The notes under the pieces: generated by a model
Databases searched by the model: none
Seen by the model: only the letters and a program-made list of their open reading frames with translations
What the model was told of the DNA's origin: nothing
NCBI GenBank assembly: GCA_965203805.1
Contig: OZ241917.1
Span: forward strand, 5,120,001-5,184,000
Length of the DNA stretch: 64,000 nucleotides
Reading direction: 5' to 3'
From: Candidatus Latescibacterota bacterium
Lineage (GTDB): Bacteria > Latescibacterota > UBA2968 > GCA-2709665
Shown: positions 58,571-64,000 of the stretch, piece by piece
Numbering within the stretch: the stretch's first letter is position 1
Layout of the letters: each line of letters opens with the position of its first letter
Program-made: the position numbers and the translations under genes

Positions 58571-58915
58571 TCACGACTTCTTCAGCAGTGATCTTAGAGA
58601 AAATCCCGCCACCGCGGCGAGCGCACCGACAAGACCGCCGATCAGCCCGGTGAGTACGACCAGCGCTGATGGATACGAAAGACCGGCGATTCCCGCGATC
58701 TTCACGGTGAGAATGCCACCGGATTGAAGATGGATGTAGCCCGCGGCGGCAAGCCAGAGGGCGCCGGCGCCGGCGAAACCGGCGCCCAGCGCTTTCCAGG
58801 CCGACGGCGCTTTCCAAAAACCCGCCGCGCATCCTGCAAGGCCGATTCCCCACCATGGCAGCGTCAAGCTGGCGACCAGGCCTAGTATAAGGACGTATAA
58901 AGCGGTTGAAATCAT
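58571..58915 (-). CDS. Small membrane protein
   Basis: 114 aa, almost entirely hydrophobic, LPWW motif. Confidence 0.7.
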   Translation of the reverse strand: MISTALYVLILGLVASLTLPWWGIGLAGCAAGFWKAPSAWKALGAGFAGAGALWLAAAGYIHLQSGGILTVKIAGIAGLSYPSALVVLTGLIGGLVGALAAVAGFSLRSLLKKS

Positions 58916-58921
58916 AAAGGT

Positions 58922-59150
58922 AGCTATCAGCCGTCGGCTATCAGCAATCAGCTTGAAGCAAAAGCGAAAATCACAAATGCAAACCCGTCGATATCCGCGT
59001 CGTCACGTCGTAAATCCGGACGGTACGCAGACCTCTCCCCAGACCCCCTCTCCTAAAGGAAAGGGGAGGAAAACCACGGGTTGGTCCACATTAATCATCC
59101 AATCCCAACGCTGGTGCCTCAATTGTACGGGCGACCCTGGCGGTCGCCCG
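58922..59150. repeat. TCAGC heptamer array and REP-like palindromes
   Basis: gctatcagccgtcggctatcagcaatcagc; cccctctcc..ggaaagggg; gggcgaccctggcggtcgccc. Confidence 0.55.
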
Positions 59151-59184
59151 CCTGTCACCGAGGAAACCTCTCACCTCCTACTTC

Positions 59185-61605
59185 TCATGGCATCCCGGTT
59201 AGAATCAGTCGTTCCTCGATACGTCCCCTGCCATCGTCCGGCGTTTGCATGAACAGCAGTTCGTCCAGTTCTCCCCGCACCCATGTATCCACAAATGAGT
59301 CGTAGTGCCGGCTGCCCGGGTTACCGGATTGGCCTCCCGGGTAGATCCCCCACGCACGCACCCTGGGGCCCAGTTCGACGACCATGCGCCAGCACGGTCC
59401 GTGGCCGCGGTTCGATGCGTTGACGACGTCGCGGCCCCCGCCGACGAACAGGTTCATGCGCGAGAATTCGGGAATCCTCAGCAGATGTCTGACTTCAGCG
59501 CCTTTGTAGCGCCCCCACTTCCAGGCGTCGCCCACCGGTCCCAGCCTGCCGGTCAACTCAGCGCACGTTGCCGCGAACGTGTCGCGGGCGAGACCTGCGA
59601 GCGTCTCGACCTGTTCCGTTTGCACGTTGTCATACCACCTGGCGTCGGGTTCGCGAAGTATCAAGTTCGCCGTCCGATCGCCTGATGGGAGCTGCAGACC
59701 CGGCCCCGGTCCGCCGAATTCATCGACCCAGATTGCCCGGTAAAGCTTGCCCCACCACGCGTTGAATACGGTTGGGGCGATCTTCCTGGCATCCGCGAAA
59801 TAGTCCCAGTGCTTAAGTGTCCGGAAGACGGCCGCCTCTTCGGGACTGAGGGAACGGGGTTCGACGTACGCCAATAGCGCCGGCAGCACGGACTGTGCCC
59901 TGACATGCTTCGTGTCCAGCTGCAGGGTCCGGACGCGGTCGGGTGTGACCTCCTTCATTTCGGAGAGGCGTTCGTTGATTCGCCGCGCACGCATCGGGGA
60001 CGAATAGCCCGGTTTCAGCCAATACGGATAGGACGTGTCCGCGGGACGCTGGTTGGCGGAACTCACAAACCCGCGCGCGGGATTCCTGATATGCGGCTTG
60101 TGGGCGTGCGGTATCCAGTCCTGCCAGTCGTGAAGGGGGTCCGAACCGTCGGCAATGAAGGCGCCCTGGCCCTCCCATTTCACCGGAAATTTCCCGTTGT
60201 GCCAGACCGCGATGTTTCCCTCAACGTCGGCGTAGGCGAAATTCTGGGCCGGCGCGCTCAGGTGGACGATCGCGTCGACAAATTCGTCGTAGTTGCCGGA
60301 TCTGTTGAGTCGATGAACGGTAAGCCATTCGTTGCTGCCGTCGTGGCCCGCCCACCTGAGCGCGTGATGTTCGGGTACCCTCGAGTCGGATGGCGTATAG
60401 CGTGAATCCCGTACGATGGGTCCGTGATGGGTGTAGCGAACCGTATCCCAGAGTGTTTCACGGTCGCGCACTCTGATTTCTTCCACAACCGTTTCCACGG
60501 CGCGCCAGGCGTTCCCGTGCCGATATTCCCGCAGCGTATCGTCCCGGAACGTGATCTTGTACCAATCCGAAACATCCGATCCGGCGTTGGTAAATCCCCA
60601 CGCGATATTCCGGTTGAAACCGATGACGACACCCGGACCTCCGGGTAGTGAAACGCCGTACACGTTGACCGTGGGGCTGACGAGTTGAATCTCGTACCAC
60701 AGCGACGGGAGCGAGAGCCCGAGGTGCGGGTCGTTCGCGAGTATGGGATACCCGCTTTTTGTCTTGGCGCCAGATACCGCCCAGTTGTTGCTGCCGTTGG
60801 CCGCCCCGGTATCCGCGCCGTACGACCCTCGCTTGAACGGCACATCCGGCCGGATGACTTTGCGTGGTTCGAAATTCCAGGGGGTTCCACCGGGTATCAC
60901 GGTATCCGCGCCGACCACGTCCGATGCGAACAGGTCCCTTACAACGGCCTCGCCGAACCGGTCGAGCGTGTTGGTCATCCCGAGATCCGAATTCCGGCCG
61001 CTCAGCATCCATGCCATGGACTTGATCAGGATCGCACACTTCAATGGCGTCCAGGTTTCCGGCCCATAGCCCAGGAGTTTGTATTCCACGGGGAAGTCTC
61101 TTGGGCGCAGGCCGGAGATGTACGCGTTGACGCCCTCCGTGAACGCCGTGACGGAGAGCCTTGTCCGGGGTTCAGCCATGACTTCCTTGAGCGTGTTTCT
61201 GGCGCCGTACACGAGTCCCGCACGCCTCTGATGCCGGTCGCGCTCCAGTGCGCCGGGTCCCAGGATTTCCGCCAGGCGCCCGGCGGTCGCGGCCGTCTGA
61301 AACTCCATCTGCCAGAGCCGATCAATCGCCGTCACGTATCCCTGGGCGAAAAACAGGTCGCGGTCGTTCTGCGCGAAGACATGCGGCACGCGGCGGTGGT
61401 CGTAGAGAACGGTTACAGGCTCGCGGAGACCCTTGAGCCGCAGTTTTCGCTCTGCGGCAGGATCGCCTGTCTCGGCATTCTGCCAGAACCCGTGAAAGGG
61501 ACTCAGGAATCTCCCCGTCGCCGGAAATCCCCCTATGCGGGTATCCAGGACAATTACGACGACGAGGGTCGCAGCGGCCGATATGAGGAATTTGATTAAG
61601 GGCAT
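59185..61605 (-). CDS. Penicillin acylase family (S45, Ntn hydrolase)
   Basis: DRLWQME, GSNNWAV, LANDPHL, QNFAYAD, SANQ, PGGQSG; N-terminal anchor. Confidence 0.93.
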   Translation of the reverse strand: MPLIKFLISAAATLVVVIVLDTRIGGFPATGRFLSPFHGFWQNAETGDPAAERKLRLKGLREPVTVLYDHRRVPHVFAQNDRDLFFAQGYVTAIDRLWQMEFQTAATAGRLAEILGPGALERDRHQRRAGLVYGARNTLKEVMAEPRTRLSVTAFTEGVNAYISGLRPRDFPVEYKLLGYGPETWTPLKCAILIKSMAWMLSGRNSDLGMTNTLDRFGEAVVRDLFASDVVGADTVIPGGTPWNFEPRKVIRPDVPFKRGSYGADTGAANGSNNWAVSGAKTKSGYPILANDPHLGLSLPSLWYEIQLVSPTVNVYGVSLPGGPGVVIGFNRNIAWGFTNAGSDVSDWYKITFRDDTLREYRHGNAWRAVETVVEEIRVRDRETLWDTVRYTHHGPIVRDSRYTPSDSRVPEHHALRWAGHDGSNEWLTVHRLNRSGNYDEFVDAIVHLSAPAQNFAYADVEGNIAVWHNGKFPVKWEGQGAFIADGSDPLHDWQDWIPHAHKPHIRNPARGFVSSANQRPADTSYPYWLKPGYSSPMRARRINERLSEMKEVTPDRVRTLQLDTKHVRAQSVLPALLAYVEPRSLSPEEAAVFRTLKHWDYFADARKIAPTVFNAWWGKLYRAIWVDEFGGPGPGLQLPSGDRTANLILREPDARWYDNVQTEQVETLAGLARDTFAATCAELTGRLGPVGDAWKWGRYKGAEVRHLLRIPEFSRMNLFVGGGRDVVNASNRGHGPCWRMVVELGPRVRAWGIYPGGQSGNPGSRHYDSFVDTWVRGELDELLFMQTPDDGRGRIEERLILTGMP

Positions 61606-61609
61606 AAAG

Positions 61610-61876
61610 CAGCCGTCAGCCGTCAGCCATCAGCCGTCGGCGGTCAGATTGAAGCGAAAAATCAATCGGTCGACGTGCGCGCCGTTAAGCGTCAGGACAA
61701 TAAGAGGCGCAGACCTCTCCCCCCGGCCTTCGAACAACAGCTGTCAGCAGTCAGCGTTCAGCTTGAAGCGAAAAATCAATCGGTCGACATCAGGGCGTGA
61801 CGGGTTAAGCAAGAGGTCTGGCGACATCAATTGACAGCGAATCCATCGATATGAAGGGGCGGTTCGCGAACCGCCC
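61610..61876. repeat. Heptamer arrays, 26-bp direct repeat and 20-bp palindrome
   Basis: ttgaagcgaaaaatcaatcggtcgac at 61649-61674 and 61763-61788, each preceded by TCAGC units; gggcggttcgcgaaccgccc 61857-61876. Confidence 0.75.
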
Positions 61877-61883
61877 GATGTGC

Positions 61884-62342
61884 TTACCCATTCGCCCGGC
61901 TGTCCTTGACCTCAATCCCCTTCGCCTCCGCGAATGCGTTCGCCGCGGCAATGATTTCGGGTTTGATCATCCGGTTGTCGTTATAGCTCATCGCAGTGAA
62001 GTCGATCTTTACTGACTTGCCGCTATCGAGCCGGAACTCGAGCTTCATCAGTTGGATGTGAATCTCGGAGATTGACGACCAGGGGATTCTTCGGCGTATG
62101 AACAACCCTTTGTCAATCTCCAGATTCCCATCTCTGAATGCGATGATGTATTTGTTAATTCGGTGCAGGAGACCCATAAAGGGCAGGGTAATCAGCCCGA
62201 ACGCCAACTCGAGGGTTCCCAGGAACGGGTTGTCCTTTATGGTCAGAACACCAAGAATAATCAACAACACGCCATACGTGATCCAAAGCGATCGAAATAA
62301 ACTGGTTACTGGTACAGAAAGATCAAAAGTCCGCTCTTCCAT
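61884..62342 (-). CDS. Two-TM membrane protein with PH-like domain
   Basis: GAGGAGG RBS; two TMs then RRIPWSSI. Confidence 0.65.
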   Translation of the reverse strand: MEERTFDLSVPVTSLFRSLWITYGVLLIILGVLTIKDNPFLGTLELAFGLITLPFMGLLHRINKYIIAFRDGNLEIDKGLFIRRRIPWSSISEIHIQLMKLEFRLDSGKSVKIDFTAMSYNDNRMIKPEIIAAANAFAEAKGIEVKDSRANG

Positions 62343-62757
62343 CGCGGTACCCTCCTCATTAATCGCCCGGTGAGTAATCGCGGCTCGCCTGACGGAAAAG
62401 TACTTTGGCGATGCCATGACACTTCAAGACATTGTTTGGATCAAGCTGATGCGCATTGGATGCAGGCTACGGGTTAATATACGACTACGGCTGAAAAAGT
62501 GAGAACCAAAGATAAACTGGCCGCGGTTTCAGATAGTCCGTGCAGCACGAGTTGTCTTTCTCGATCGACCCATCATGCCTATATTGACTGAGCGACGCAA
62601 CGTACCGAAACAATGGTCGATCGGCAGGGACGCTCGGACCCGGGCAGTGGCGCATCCGTAGCAGAATCTGTTAGATATCGGTTCTACATACTCAATGCAT
62701 TTACCCGGACCATGTTCGGGGAAATCAGCTGGCGGTTTTGCGGAGAGTAACGAGGCG

Positions 62758-63525
62758 ATGCGGATCCTGATTGTCGATGGCTGGACCCTTGAAGGGAACC
62801 GGACGCACGCGCTTGCGGGGGTCGAGGAGCAGACGCGGGTGTTCGAGTCGCTCGTTCGAGAATTCCAGCCTGAAGCAGACATCCGGATCGTCCATACGTA
62901 CGGCGACGCCGGACAGGAAGATCCGGAGCTCAGCCAATGCGATGCCGCGGTCTGGACGGGCGGGGGCGGAAATATCTACGAGAATAACGCATTCAACCGG
63001 CGCCAACTCAGGCTGGGCGAACGCGTCCTTGAGGAGGTACCGCACGTATGGGGCAGTTGCTGGGGGTTTCAGGTCATCACGACCGTCTGCGGCGGGGAGG
63101 TGGCGCCCGCCCGCGCGCCGGAAATCGGCATCGCAACCGGCATCACGGTTCGACCGCTGGATTTCGCGGAAACCATGTATCGCGAAAAGCCGCACACATT
63201 CGACGCGCCTGCCCATCACTTCGACGAGACCGCGCGACTGCCCGCCGGGTTTGACATCGTCGCCGAAAATGCGACGACGCTTCAGGCCGTCGTATCGAAT
63301 GACCGGCGCATCACCTGCACGCAATACCATCCAGAACTGCCCTACGACTACATCGGAAGGCTGATGATGCACTGGGCGCCGAATTACAGGTCGATGTTCA
63401 CGGAGGAGGCGTTTCAGAATCTGCTGGCGAGGCTGAAGGAAAAAGAAAAGGAAGAAAGAGACCTGAGGAAGGTCGAATTCAGGAACTGGCTGGAATTCGT
63501 TGGGAAGGAGACAGGGCCTTATTGA
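62758..63525 (+). CDS. Class I glutamine amidotransferase-like protein
   Basis: WTGG, GSCWGFQ nucleophile elbow, QYHPE. Confidence 0.85.
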   Translation: MRILIVDGWTLEGNRTHALAGVEEQTRVFESLVREFQPEADIRIVHTYGDAGQEDPELSQCDAAVWTGGGGNIYENNAFNRRQLRLGERVLEEVPHVWGSCWGFQVITTVCGGEVAPARAPEIGIATGITVRPLDFAETMYREKPHTFDAPAHHFDETARLPAGFDIVAENATTLQAVVSNDRRITCTQYHPELPYDYIGRLMMHWAPNYRSMFTEEAFQNLLARLKEKEKEERDLRKVEFRNWLEFVGKETGPY

Positions 63526-63551
63526 TTCAGAAACAGGTGATCCACCCCACC

Positions 63552-63829
63552 GTCATTCTGAGCGCAGCGAAGAATCTCCCGTCTGTTCGGCTGTCTTTGG
63601 TGCCAAATGCGCGCCGATCACATTTGCGCGGACACATCGCCGGCGTGGCGCGATGCAGGCAGACAGGAATGTCTGCCCCACCCTCACTTCGACGACCGCT
63701 ATTGCAAAGCCTGTCATTCTGAGCGCAGTCGAAGAATCTCCCGTCTTCCCGGCTCGACGCGCAACGGAAGCCTTCACCAACCCATATGCGCGGAGGCCTG
63801 GTTTACCAGCGGCTTCCTCAGGATGACAG
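63552..63829. repeat. REP-like repeats (gtcattctgagcgcag(t)cgaagaatctc)
   Basis: Near-identical copies at 63552-63584 and 63713-63746; partial inverted copy ctcaggatgacag near 63817-63829. Confidence 0.75.
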
Positions 63830-64000
63830 TCGAATGAACGTGTGACGGAACCATTTCGCCGCTCAATGACGTTCATTGAACATTTCCATACGTGGTCATT
63901 GCCTACGTTGAGCCTGTCGAAACGGCTTGTCGAAATGCCCGTTTTCAGGCAGCCCGTAAGCCACTCACGCTCCCTTCGCCGGCCCTTCGACCCTTCGACA

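Noticed and set aside
61649-61788. 26-bp exact direct repeat as a CRISPR array
   Set aside because: Only two copies, 88 bp apart, the spacer itself contains repeat motifs, and there are no cas genes.
1-64000. tRNA, rRNA, integrase or prophage genes
   Set aside because: None recognised by eye; tRNAscan/Infernal would be needed to exclude small RNAs.

Overview
GC-rich bacterial chromosome segment; gene content and intergenic repeat style resemble sponge-associated Latescibacterota/Gemmatimonadota-like genomes (inference only). It has four parts. (1) 146-2656: a heparinase II/III-like lyase gene. (2) About 2.7-25 kb: a defence/accessory island with a DEDD-RecQ-UvrD fusion helicase, vapBC, a type I R-M locus with Septu-like PtuA/PtuB between hsdS and hsdR, a decayed hsdR 5' remnant, an ART-like + DUF6575-like gene pair, an intact HsdR with a C-terminal LexA-like S24 autopeptidase, a HelD-like helicase and an AT-rich RelE-like module next to a broken DUF433 gene. 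(3) About 25.5-58.3 kb: a long minus-strand run, ndk-yceD-rpmF-fabH-fabD-fabG-acpP-fabF-rnc-lplA, then an uncharacterised module (GlmL-like ASKHA ATPase with no B12 mutase, a barrel-sandwich/KOW protein, DUF6754 and three more membrane proteins) interleaved with a split Opp transporter and followed by a secreted peptidase/beta-propeller/beta-barrel protein, then UbiA, DUF362, a kinase-like gene, HypE-like, ADH and LarA-like genes. (4) Penicillin acylase, small genes and REP/heptamer repeats. Best candidates for undescribed systems are the GlmL-DUF6754-Opp membrane module and the R-M/PtuAB/HsdR-S24 locus. All family assignments come from motif recognition; no searches were run.
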